Below, one piece after another: positions 1 to 8,420 of a stretch of 33,001 nucleotides of DNA. The DNA comes from Candidatus Kapaibacterium sp. (GTDB lineage: Bacteria; Bacteroidota; Ignavibacteria; Kapaibacteriales; UBA961), in assembly GCA_023259575.1 (NCBI GenBank), contig JALRHN010000003.1:1-33001 (forward strand). Reading direction: 5' to 3'. The notes beneath the pieces were generated by a model. That model saw nothing but the letters and a program-made list of their open reading frames with translations. It was not told where the DNA came from and ran no database searches. The position numbers were made by a program, and so were the translations under genes. Numbering within the stretch: position 1 is the first letter of the stretch; the number at the start of each line of letters is the position of its first letter.

Positions 1-315
1 AAAGTCTGTTATACCTAATTCAGTAAGTTTTTCAATCATATACTCCATTCTTTCTTTATTGTGCAATATTCCTATTGCAATTGCAAATCTACCAGGTAAT
101 TCATGAATGTTTTTTCTGATTTCATGAATAGAAAATACAGCTTCTTGATGATTGATAGATTGTACAGTACATAAAGCAATCAAACCCTTACCAGAGCTTA
201 ATAACACTCTTTCACCTATCTTTAGTCTAAGTGCTTTAGCATGTTTTACTTCATCTTGATCTATATTGATATATAAAGAATCTTCACGAAGTTTGGGAGC
301 ATATAAGCAATCCAT
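1..315 (-). CDS. rsmE: 16S rRNA m3U1498 methyltransferase RsmE (partial, runs off window start)
   Basis: Not in the ORF track. Manual translation from ATG at 315 gives MDCLYAPKLREDSLYINIDQDEVKHAKALRLKIGERVLLSSGKG...AIGILHNKERMEYMIEKLTELGITDF, open to position 1. The H..LRL..G and EK.TELG motifs are typical of RsmE. Confidence 0.9.
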   Translation of the reverse strand, partial: MDCLYAPKLREDSLYINIDQDEVKHAKALRLKIGERVLLSSGKGLIALCTVQSINHQEAVFSIHEIRKNIHELPGRFAIAIGILHNKERMEYMIEKLTELGITDF

Positions 316-328
316 AGTGTCTCAAAAA

Positions 329-892
329 TTAAGCAAAAATTGAATCAAATTCTTTGGAAGTTATTTCTCGCCATGTACCAATATTAATATCTTTAGGCAT
401 AAAATTTCCAATAGCTACTCGTATTAATCGTAAAGTTGGATATCCAATTGCAGCTGTCATTCTTCTTACTTGACGATTTTTTCCTTCTATCAAAGTAAGA
501 CTTATCCATGAATCAGGAATATATTTTCTGACTCTTATTGGTGGATTTCTGGGTTCTATGTCTGGATTATTGACTATTTCAGCATTCCCTGGTAAAAGCT
601 TTCTACCTTGAATGCTTAAAGTTCCTTTACGTATAGGTAATAAGTCTGAATCTTGAATAGCACCTTCTACTTGCACCCAATATGTTCTTTTATGGGCATT
701 ATCAGGATGTAATAAGACATTATTTATATGCTTTTCATCGCTTAATAATAATAATCCTTCAGAATCAGCATCTAATCTTCCAAGTGGATATACTCCTTTT
801 GGAAAATTAAAATCAGATAATGTTCTATATGAGCTGGAATCAGATGTAAACTGAGAGAGAACACCAAATGGTTTGTTAAAAGCTATAATCAT
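329..892 (-). CDS. rluE: rRNA pseudouridine synthase, RsuA/RluE family without S4 domain
   Basis: Motifs FNKP.GV, GRLDADSEGLLLL (catalytic Asp) and EGKNRQVRRMTAA.G.PTLRLIR. The short length and lack of an S4 domain fit RluE. Confidence 0.85.
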   Translation of the reverse strand: MIIAFNKPFGVLSQFTSDSSSYRTLSDFNFPKGVYPLGRLDADSEGLLLLSDEKHINNVLLHPDNAHKRTYWVQVEGAIQDSDLLPIRKGTLSIQGRKLLPGNAEIVNNPDIEPRNPPIRVRKYIPDSWISLTLIEGKNRQVRRMTAAIGYPTLRLIRVAIGNFMPKDINIGTWREITSKEFDSIFA

Positions 893-3800
893 AAAATAGA
901 ATCTATCTCTTCAGAAAATTGTTCAGAAAGCGAAGGTATTTGGGTGTGTATTCTACAAATAGATGAATAATTGCAATATGTACATGAAGATGTATTTAGT
1001 GGCTGTACAGGAAAATATCCTTCTTTCATTCTGAGAATTTCTTGATCTGTTTTTTCCAAAATTGACTGAATCTTTTCTTCTATATCACTATTTTTATTAA
1101 ATGCAGTCTTGGACTTAAAGTCTTGCAGTGAATAATATGTTGGATTTGCTGCTTTCGGATCTATACTATTGTAATGATGTTCCAAGATATATTGAGCTGC
1201 CTTAATATACAGTGGCATCTGCAATTTATTTCCGCTTTCTACATCTTTTTGGCTAATTGATAATTTTCCTGTTTTATAATCTATTATCTTAAAAGCTGAA
1301 TTATCTAAGGAAATATCAATTCTATCTATTTTACCTTGTAAAAGTATGTGATTTGTAATGGGAATTGGTGGAATAAGATTGCTTCTTTTATATTTATCAC
1401 CAAAACTTGTTTCGAATAAAGCAGGGAATAATCCATCTTTTTGGGAATCGATTTCACCATCTAGCCATCTACTTAAAGTACCTTTGATACCTTGTGAGAT
1501 ATCACCAAACATAGACCTTTTTTCAAGTTCCATGAAGGGATGGTCATAATACATATATGATAATTCTTCTGCAGCAATGCGATGCAATAAATCTTCATAT
1601 TCAAGACGCTTAGCTGGAATTAACTGTACTTTAGGTAAAATTGAATCAGTATATTCTTGTTGAATTTGTGTATAAAAACGATAAAAAATTGAATGATATA
1701 AATTTCCCCTTTCTAAAGAAGAGAACCAATTCGATTCTGTTTCGGTAGAAGGTAACTTGAGTATTCTGTCTGCAAAATATTTATATCCACAATCTATATA
1801 TTCATCTAATTCTGTGACTGAATATACTTTGTTATCTGATATGGTTTTAATAGAGCTATCTTGAAGCGGGTTGGCTAATCGTTGAGTAATTCCTTTTGGA
1901 GACCAATAATCAGCTGCATAAGACATAATAGATTGTAAATCTGATTGATTATCATCTGCATCACTTTCATTCTGTAATCTATAATTAACATGTTCGGCAT
2001 GTGAAGTATATGCTTGTAAAAAGTCTGATTTACCTTCAATTTTTTTAGTATCAGAAATTGTGCAAAGAGACTGATTTTCGACTGTGACTTTCAGGATAGC
2101 ATCTACAAATTGAGAACGAATTAAGTGCTCTCCATTTTTACTATTAGTTGGGTAGCTAAATAAATAAGATCGTGGAAAATCAATAGGGGAATGATGAATC
2201 AATGCCAAATAGAATTGCATTCTTTCTCTTCTTATATGCCTTTCTTCTGATTCTTTTAATTCTTTACCCATAAATGTGTCTGCGGTATAATGCAATGGAA
2301 AATGTCCATCAACCATACCACACATAATGATGAGCTTAAAATCTAATTCTCGAATTTGTTCTAATGAAGTAATTGTAATTCCTGTCCCATGTTTTTCTTT
2401 TACTTGAAATTTTGCCCCGCGAATTGTTGTCTGTAAACGTTTACAATACTCTTGATATGTTAGATAGGTATGTATTTGCGAATGTTCCAGAATGAAAGTT
2501 AACTCTTGAACTGTTTCGATAAATGTTTTTAATGCTCTGACATCTCTTTCAATTTCTTCTTTCATTGAAATCGAGATAAATGCATTTGAGAATGCTTCTT
2601 GTTGTAAGGGTAATTCTTCAATTGATTGTAGAATGCCAAAATTCTGCAAGGTTGCCTGTATAAATCCAAGAAAATCTGATGTTGAACATGAAGTTTTTGA
2701 AGGTGGTAAAAGAGATTGAATCGTTTCTATAGCTGAATAGATTCGTTTTGCCGAAGCCAATAATTCTTCATATTCTTTTACTTTTATCATGTCATTTTGG
2801 ACACGAAATACATCAACATTATGCGTGTATTTAGCAATGATATGGTGTAATTGATTAAGCCAATATGTTTCTGAATTATAATGAGAAAATTCACTTTTTA
2901 ATCGTTCTTTTCTGGTAATTAATTCAAAATCTATAGAAAGTCTATACATATCTGCAGCTGAAGTATGAGGTAAACGGATATAAGCGCTACTAAATACTTT
3001 TTGTATGTCCTTTTTTTGATATTGATAAATCAAGAGATTTAGAATCGAAAAGATTGCTGTAATCAAAGGAGACTGAGTTAGTTTGGGCCTATCCGTTATA
3101 TTAACTGGAATCCCGTGCAATGGTAAGATTTCTCGGAAAATGCCAGAATAATCCTCTGGATTTCTTGTAGCAATTACCATTTCATGCAATGGAATATTTT
3201 CTTTTTCATGCTTCCATTTAATGAATTTTGCAATTGAATCAACTTCATTATGAATTGTTGTGCTTTCTAGTACTGTAATATGATCTTCACTACCAATGTA
3301 TGATTTGGTTTGTTTGGTATTAAAAAGCCATTCTCTTAAATGAGAGAATAATGAAGATTGTGGTGTTCTAAATGCGTCTTGGATTGTATTAGAATGAAAA
3401 CCTGCTTGTTGAAGTAATGCAAATGTTTCATCTAAATTCCCAAACATAGGCTGATTATCAGATGAATACTCTAAATAACAAGCACATGGAGTATTAGAAT
3501 GTGCAAAAGCTGATAAAAATGTTAATTCTGGTATTCTGAATTCCGAAAATCCATCCAAGAGTATATTGCCAAATTGCTGACATAAAGATGGATCTTGCTG
3601 AAGTTTTTTTATAACTAATTGTAATACTGCTGGATAATCTAAGATAGTCTTGCCAATATAGGATTCATATATCTTTAGAATTGATGCTAAATCTTTTAGA
3701 CGACTAGGATCATTAATAGAATGAGAAGTACTATTTTCTGGGTCTTCGATGGCTTGCTGAATATCCGCAAATAATGATTGTGAGTCAATTCCATCCATTC

Positions 3801-4209
3801 TTAGACCATATAGCAATTCTGCACATTTTTCTATCGTATGAATCGATAAATTCTCATTTTTTCCAGAAAAAAAAGAAAGTGAACTTGCTAAGGCAGCCTT
3901 CTCAAATAATAATAATCTATATGCATCAGAGATAATAGCATATTGATCTTTTGGGTAAAGTGTATTGAAAATATGAAGGACAAAACTTTCTAGAGTATAG
4001 CAAGAAAGTTGTTGGGTGGGTTTGGAATGTACTTTATAAAAATCACGAATAAGGGCCCTTTCAAGAGCCCTTTTACGTCTTCCAGTTGGAACAATTAAAC
4101 AATAGATACCAAGTTCATCTTGCTGGATAATATCACCTAGAACTTCTCTGAATCTCTTTTTCTTATTGTCTAGATTATTGAATGCAGTATTTGTAAGAAT
4201 ATATGACAT
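889..4209 (-). CDS. AddB/RexB-like helicase-fold protein with C-terminal PD-(D/E)XK nuclease and 4Fe-4S cluster
   Basis: C-terminal RecB-family motifs ERG..YH, GKIDRID, IIDYKTG and Q.PLY. Fe-S staple Cys in YIDCGYKYF plus CTYCNYSSIC. N-terminal IVPT and LDGF motifs of a degenerate SF1 fold. Confidence 0.8.
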   Translation of the reverse strand: MSYILTNTAFNNLDNKKKRFREVLGDIIQQDELGIYCLIVPTGRRKRALERALIRDFYKVHSKPTQQLSCYTLESFVLHIFNTLYPKDQYAIISDAYRLLLFEKAALASSLSFFSGKNENLSIHTIEKCAELLYGLRMDGIDSQSLFADIQQAIEDPENSTSHSINDPSRLKDLASILKIYESYIGKTILDYPAVLQLVIKKLQQDPSLCQQFGNILLDGFSEFRIPELTFLSAFAHSNTPCACYLEYSSDNQPMFGNLDETFALLQQAGFHSNTIQDAFRTPQSSLFSHLREWLFNTKQTKSYIGSEDHITVLESTTIHNEVDSIAKFIKWKHEKENIPLHEMVIATRNPEDYSGIFREILPLHGIPVNITDRPKLTQSPLITAIFSILNLLIYQYQKKDIQKVFSSAYIRLPHTSAADMYRLSIDFELITRKERLKSEFSHYNSETYWLNQLHHIIAKYTHNVDVFRVQNDMIKVKEYEELLASAKRIYSAIETIQSLLPPSKTSCSTSDFLGFIQATLQNFGILQSIEELPLQQEAFSNAFISISMKEEIERDVRALKTFIETVQELTFILEHSQIHTYLTYQEYCKRLQTTIRGAKFQVKEKHGTGITITSLEQIRELDFKLIIMCGMVDGHFPLHYTADTFMGKELKESEERHIRRERMQFYLALIHHSPIDFPRSYLFSYPTNSKNGEHLIRSQFVDAILKVTVENQSLCTISDTKKIEGKSDFLQAYTSHAEHVNYRLQNESDADDNQSDLQSIMSYAADYWSPKGITQRLANPLQDSSIKTISDNKVYSVTELDEYIDCGYKYFADRILKLPSTETESNWFSSLERGNLYHSIFYRFYTQIQQEYTDSILPKVQLIPAKRLEYEDLLHRIAAEELSYMYYDHPFMELEKRSMFGDISQGIKGTLSRWLDGEIDSQKDGLFPALFETSFGDKYKRSNLIPPIPITNHILLQGKIDRIDISLDNSAFKIIDYKTGKLSISQKDVESGNKLQMPLYIKAAQYILEHHYNSIDPKAANPTYYSLQDFKSKTAFNKNSDIEEKIQSILEKTDQEILRMKEGYFPVQPLNTSSCTYCNYSSICRIHTQIPSLSEQFSEEIDSIL

Positions 4210-4211
4210 AA

Positions 4212-5153
4212 TTAGCCATGTTTTCTAGCTTCTTTCATAATATCACCCTGAGATACTGCTATCAATTCTTTTAATGTTTTATTCATTCCTTCGGTTGATC
4301 CATCGATGAATATAACATTTCCTTTGCCATGCTCTGCTACATGTCTTAAAGTTTCATTCCACATAGAAAATAAAATAACTGAAGCATCTGCATTTGCAGT
4401 ATCCATTTCTTTAATCGCTTCGCTCATTCCTTTGGCAACTTCTTGACGGAATAGAGAGATCCCTTGTCCACGCATTTGAGCAGCATCTTTTTCTGCAGTT
4501 GCACTAATTTTTATAGCATTACCTTCTGCTTCTGCTTGCTTGGTTTTGGTAATTAATAAAGCCTGGCCTTCATTCTCTGCAGCAGCTTTTAAATTATTTG
4601 AAGCTACTACTTTTGCCATAGAATCCATGATTGCTTGGTCGAATGTAATGTCATTCATCTGTAAATCGATTAAATGATATCCCCATGTTTCTAATGTAGA
4701 GTCTAATTGATCTTTTACATGCTCAATTAATTCTCTTCTAAGCAATAAAATTTCAGATTGTTTCTTGGTGGCCACATAGCTTCTCACAGCGCCTTCAACA
4801 GTTCTTACCAAGGCTTGCATAAAATTACGTTCATCAACAAATTTAAAAGCAACATTTACTATTGTTTCCTCAAGCTGATTTAATACCGAATACAATAACA
4901 TGGCTTTGAATTGAACAGTTGCTTGGTCTACAGTAATTGCTTGAAACTCAAGCTCTGCTGATCGATTTTGCACAGAAATTCTTTTATGAATTGTTTCAAT
5001 AATTGGAAGTTTAAGATTAAGCCCTGGGGACATGATTCTTCGATATTTCCCAAAAGTAGTAATAACTGCAACAGTTCCTTGTGAAACTGTTCTTAATGAT
5101 CCCAATACGACAATTAAGCCGATAATCAGTAAAAATATTAAAAATTCAGACAT
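4212..5153 (-). CDS. SPFH / band 7 (stomatin-prohibitin) membrane protein
   Basis: N-terminal TM helix, then TV.QG.V.V...FGKY.R...PGL and a C-terminal Ala/Glu-rich coiled coil (AEAEG). Confidence 0.9.
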   Translation of the reverse strand: MSEFLIFLLIIGLIVVLGSLRTVSQGTVAVITTFGKYRRIMSPGLNLKLPIIETIHKRISVQNRSAELEFQAITVDQATVQFKAMLLYSVLNQLEETIVNVAFKFVDERNFMQALVRTVEGAVRSYVATKKQSEILLLRRELIEHVKDQLDSTLETWGYHLIDLQMNDITFDQAIMDSMAKVVASNNLKAAAENEGQALLITKTKQAEAEGNAIKISATAEKDAAQMRGQGISLFRQEVAKGMSEAIKEMDTANADASVILFSMWNETLRHVAEHGKGNVIFIDGSTEGMNKTLKELIAVSQGDIMKEARKHG

Positions 5154-5223
5154 AGTAAAACCCTTTAAAAAATGAAATAATTATAACATAATAATTTTGT
5201 TTGAGTGTGAAAAGCTAAAAAGA

Positions 5224-6996
5224 TCAATGAATATTATTATCTACATATTGTAGACGATAAAGTCTTGCATATAAACCATTTAAGGCAAGTAATTCTTGAT
5301 GATTTCCACTTTCTTTTAATTCTCCTTGATGCAAGACTAATATTTTATCGGCTCTTTGAATTGTAGACAATCTATGAGCAATAACGATAGATGTTCTATT
5401 ATGTAATAATGTGTCCAAAGAAGCATTGATCAATTGCTCTGTTTCTGTGTCTATACTAGATGTTGCTTCATCTAAAATCAGTAGATCTGGATTAAATGCT
5501 AAAGCTCTACAGAAAGAAATGAGCTGCTTTTGTCCTACTGATAAAGTTCCTGCTCTTTCTATCATTACGGTATCAAAACCTTGTGGTAAAGATTGAATAA
5601 AATCATATGCTCCAAGTGCTTTTGCTGCTTGAATGATGTGATCTCTGGTGATATGAGGATTGCCTAATGATATATTATCAGCAACTGATCGAGAAAAAAG
5701 GAATACATCTTGCAGCACTAATGCAATATGTGATCGTAATGATTGTTGCTGTAAGGTGCGAATATCAATTCCATCAATTGTTATTGTTCCTTGATCTATA
5801 TCATAAAATCTACAGAGCAGATTAATCAATGAACTTTTGCCTGAACCGGTAGCACCTACAATTGCAATCATTTCTCCTTTTTTTACAGTAAAGGAAATAT
5901 TATGTAATACTTGTTTATTGGGTACATAACCAAAACTTACATTATTAAAAGATATTTCATGTTGAATGCTATCCATTTTAGCAGCATTAACGATATCTTT
6001 AGTTGGGATTGGCGTATCAAGTATATCAAAAATTCTCTCTGCAGCTGCTATAGCACTTTGAAGGGTATTATATTTTTCGGTTAAATCTCTTATAGGCCTA
6101 AAGAACATTTCTGCATATTGGGTAAATGCTATCAAAATGCCTAAGGTCATGATACCATTAAAAATATTTGTAGAAGTATACCATAAAATTAGTGCTAAAG
6201 CTAATGCACTTGTAAATTCTACAACAGGAAAAAAGAGGGCATAATAAAAGATGGTCTTTAATTGAACATCTCTATGTTCTGAATTGATATCATCAAAATC
6301 ATTAAAACGTGCTTTCTCTTGAGAATATAATTGAATAGTTGTAATTCCGGTGATATATTCATTTAGGAAAGCATTTAATTTTCCAATAAGCCTTCTTGAT
6401 TCACTGTAGACAACTCTCACTTTTTTTCTAAATATAACTGTAGCTGTAAATAAAACCGGCAAAACCCCAATCGTCACTAATGTTACTTCCCAACTTATCG
6501 CAAACATAAAGCTAACAATAAACAGAATCAGGAGTATATCTGAAAAAATAGTAACTACGCCAGAAGAGAATAATTCATTTAGTGCTTCAATATCATTTGT
6601 TACTCTTGTTACTAGTCTGCCTACAGGCATTGTATCATAGCTTCTTAATGACAAAGATTGTATATGAGTAAATACAGCCATTCTAATATCATATAGGATT
6701 TTTTGCCCTGTTCTTTGCAATAACAATGTAGTTATATAGTTCAAAAAGCTATGCAATAAAAGCACACAAAGCACCAAGGCCACAATCATCAATAATCCTG
6801 ATTCATCTTTATTGGTAATATATGTATCTATACCAATTTTAGATAAATAGGGACGTAATGGAGATAATCCTGAGGCAATCACTGTTAATAGGAATAAAAA
6901 GAAAAGGGTGAGCCTATAAGGTTTTACGAAATGGAGAAGTCTTTTGAGTAAAGTATAGTCAACAGAACTATACAATTTCTCGTCATTGTTTTGCAT
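5224..6996 (-). CDS. ABC exporter, fused permease/ATPase (MdlB/MsbA-like)
   Basis: Six-TM N-terminal domain, Walker A GATGSGKS, signature LSVGQKQ, Walker B ILDEATS, H-loop IAHRLST. Confidence 0.93.
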   Translation of the reverse strand: MQNNDEKLYSSVDYTLLKRLLHFVKPYRLTLFFLFLLTVIASGLSPLRPYLSKIGIDTYITNKDESGLLMIVALVLCVLLLHSFLNYITTLLLQRTGQKILYDIRMAVFTHIQSLSLRSYDTMPVGRLVTRVTNDIEALNELFSSGVVTIFSDILLILFIVSFMFAISWEVTLVTIGVLPVLFTATVIFRKKVRVVYSESRRLIGKLNAFLNEYITGITTIQLYSQEKARFNDFDDINSEHRDVQLKTIFYYALFFPVVEFTSALALALILWYTSTNIFNGIMTLGILIAFTQYAEMFFRPIRDLTEKYNTLQSAIAAAERIFDILDTPIPTKDIVNAAKMDSIQHEISFNNVSFGYVPNKQVLHNISFTVKKGEMIAIVGATGSGKSSLINLLCRFYDIDQGTITIDGIDIRTLQQQSLRSHIALVLQDVFLFSRSVADNISLGNPHITRDHIIQAAKALGAYDFIQSLPQGFDTVMIERAGTLSVGQKQLISFCRALAFNPDLLILDEATSSIDTETEQLINASLDTLLHNRTSIVIAHRLSTIQRADKILVLHQGELKESGNHQELLALNGLYARLYRLQYVDNNIH

Positions 6997-7036
6997 GTAT
7001 AGAATAAATTTGGGTTATAATTCAGATAGTTCAATA

Positions 7037-7044
7037 CAAAAATA
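7037..7044 (-). promoter_or_regulatory. Putative Bacteroidota-type -7 promoter element (TAnnTTTG) for the ABC-SPFH-nuclease-rluE-rsmE unit
   Basis: Minus strand reads CG-TATTTTTG-TA about 40 nt upstream of the ATG at 6996. No correctly spaced -33 TTTG seen. Confidence 0.45.
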
Positions 7045-7111
7045 CGAATAGCAAGTGTGATGGTGTAATAGGAAAAATAAAAAACTGTTTATAAGATAAT
7101 ATGAGATTACT

Positions 7112-8341
7112 TTAATTATACTTTTCTGTTTCTGGATGAAATGTTTTCCATGAATGCCAAAATTCTTGATAACCCTGAATATGATATAATTGTTTTCCTT
7201 GATAAGTTCCTTCTATACAATTCCCTTTGGCATCCCATTTTGAATTTGTTTCAGAATCAATTAAAAACCCATCGGCAGATTTAATAAAATGCAATTGCTG
7301 CTTGTCTATAAGTGTTGAAAATACTAGAAAAGTAGAATTATCAGATAAAACAGAAAGAATAATTGTAGTAGACCCTATTGTATCTATGATAATACGGTTT
7401 TTAAGTAGATCACTCCAATCATAAGCTTTAGAAAGATTATTCAATGTAATCCCTATAATCCAGGATTTATTTTGCCATTTATTTGGGTTCTTTCCAATCA
7501 ATGTGCTTTGCAATGTACCTTGTGCATATCCTTTTAAATGTTGATATTCTTTTTGAAAGGACACATCAGGTAACATAATTTTTGATTGAGGAAATTTATC
7601 TTTCCATGCTGAAAATGACATTTGATATATTGGGAATTCAGATAATTTTGTTCCTTTCATCGAACCAGCAACTGCCTCTCCATTAACTTGTCTCCACCAA
7701 GACCCAGTACTTTTATCTTCAAACATAGCATTGAATTGATCCATTCCTACTAATCTGAATTCTTCTAATGCACCATTTACAATTGGACTCCAAATTCTCC
7801 CTGTTCTGCATACTGTACAATATGTTATCATCACAGGAACACCTCCTATAACATCTCTAATTTGATGATGATAACCTACATATTCTAAAGGATATGCTTT
7901 AGACTCACCATTTATAGTAGTTCCTAATACTATATCATTGGATTCTAAAAGAGAATTGCTGATATCGGTAAATGCTATCGTATTGGGTTGTAAAAACATT
8001 TTGTCGGCAGACATGGAATTATGAATTATAAATGTAAAACATATATATATGATACATAATAATCCAATGATGACCTTATGTATCATACCATGAGAGCCAG
8101 TAAATAAGATATAAAGGCCAAAAATTAAAATCAGTATTCCTGCTATTCTTAATAAATAGATATGAGAATGAATAAAATATGAAAGGGATATAGAGTTTAT
8201 ATGCTGGCTTCCTGGGAATGGCATGATAAAATAAATGCTTAATATTTCTACAAGCAATAAAAATATAATGCCCAAATAGGGTAGTGCAATTAATAGCATA
8301 TCAAATTCTATAAGTAGTTTAATAACTTTTTTAAATAACAA
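7112..8341 (-). CDS. DUF3179 domain protein with N-terminal membrane helices (alternative start ATG at 8299)
   Basis: Motifs G..INGESKAYP, DVIGG.PV.ITYCTVCRTG, D..TGSWW.Q..GEAV.G...G..L, W...P, terminal FW.SW..FHP.T. Three hydrophobic N-terminal segments. Confidence 0.8.
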   Translation of the reverse strand: MLFKKVIKLLIEFDMLLIALPYLGIIFLLLVEILSIYFIMPFPGSQHINSISLSYFIHSHIYLLRIAGILILIFGLYILFTGSHGMIHKVIIGLLCIIYICFTFIIHNSMSADKMFLQPNTIAFTDISNSLLESNDIVLGTTINGESKAYPLEYVGYHHQIRDVIGGVPVMITYCTVCRTGRIWSPIVNGALEEFRLVGMDQFNAMFEDKSTGSWWRQVNGEAVAGSMKGTKLSEFPIYQMSFSAWKDKFPQSKIMLPDVSFQKEYQHLKGYAQGTLQSTLIGKNPNKWQNKSWIIGITLNNLSKAYDWSDLLKNRIIIDTIGSTTIILSVLSDNSTFLVFSTLIDKQQLHFIKSADGFLIDSETNSKWDAKGNCIEGTYQGKQLYHIQGYQEFWHSWKTFHPETEKYN

Positions 8342-8365
8342 TGTTAAAACTAACCATTATTGCAT

Positions 8366-8394
8366 AAAAAAAAGCCCGAAAAATATCGGGCTTT
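8366..8394 (-). terminator. Intrinsic terminator after pnp
   Basis: Minus strand AAAGCCCGA-TATTTT-TCGGGCTTT followed by more Ts, about 27 nt after the pnp stop. Confidence 0.88.
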
Positions 8395-8420
8395 GTAAAA
8401 ATAACTGATCTTGTTTTTGA

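Noticed and set aside
4051-4074. Hairpin/direct repeat AAGGGCCCTT-TC-AAGAGCCCTTTT within the nuclease gene
   Set aside because: Explained by the coding repeat RALERAL. It resembles a terminator only on the antisense strand, with no supporting evidence.
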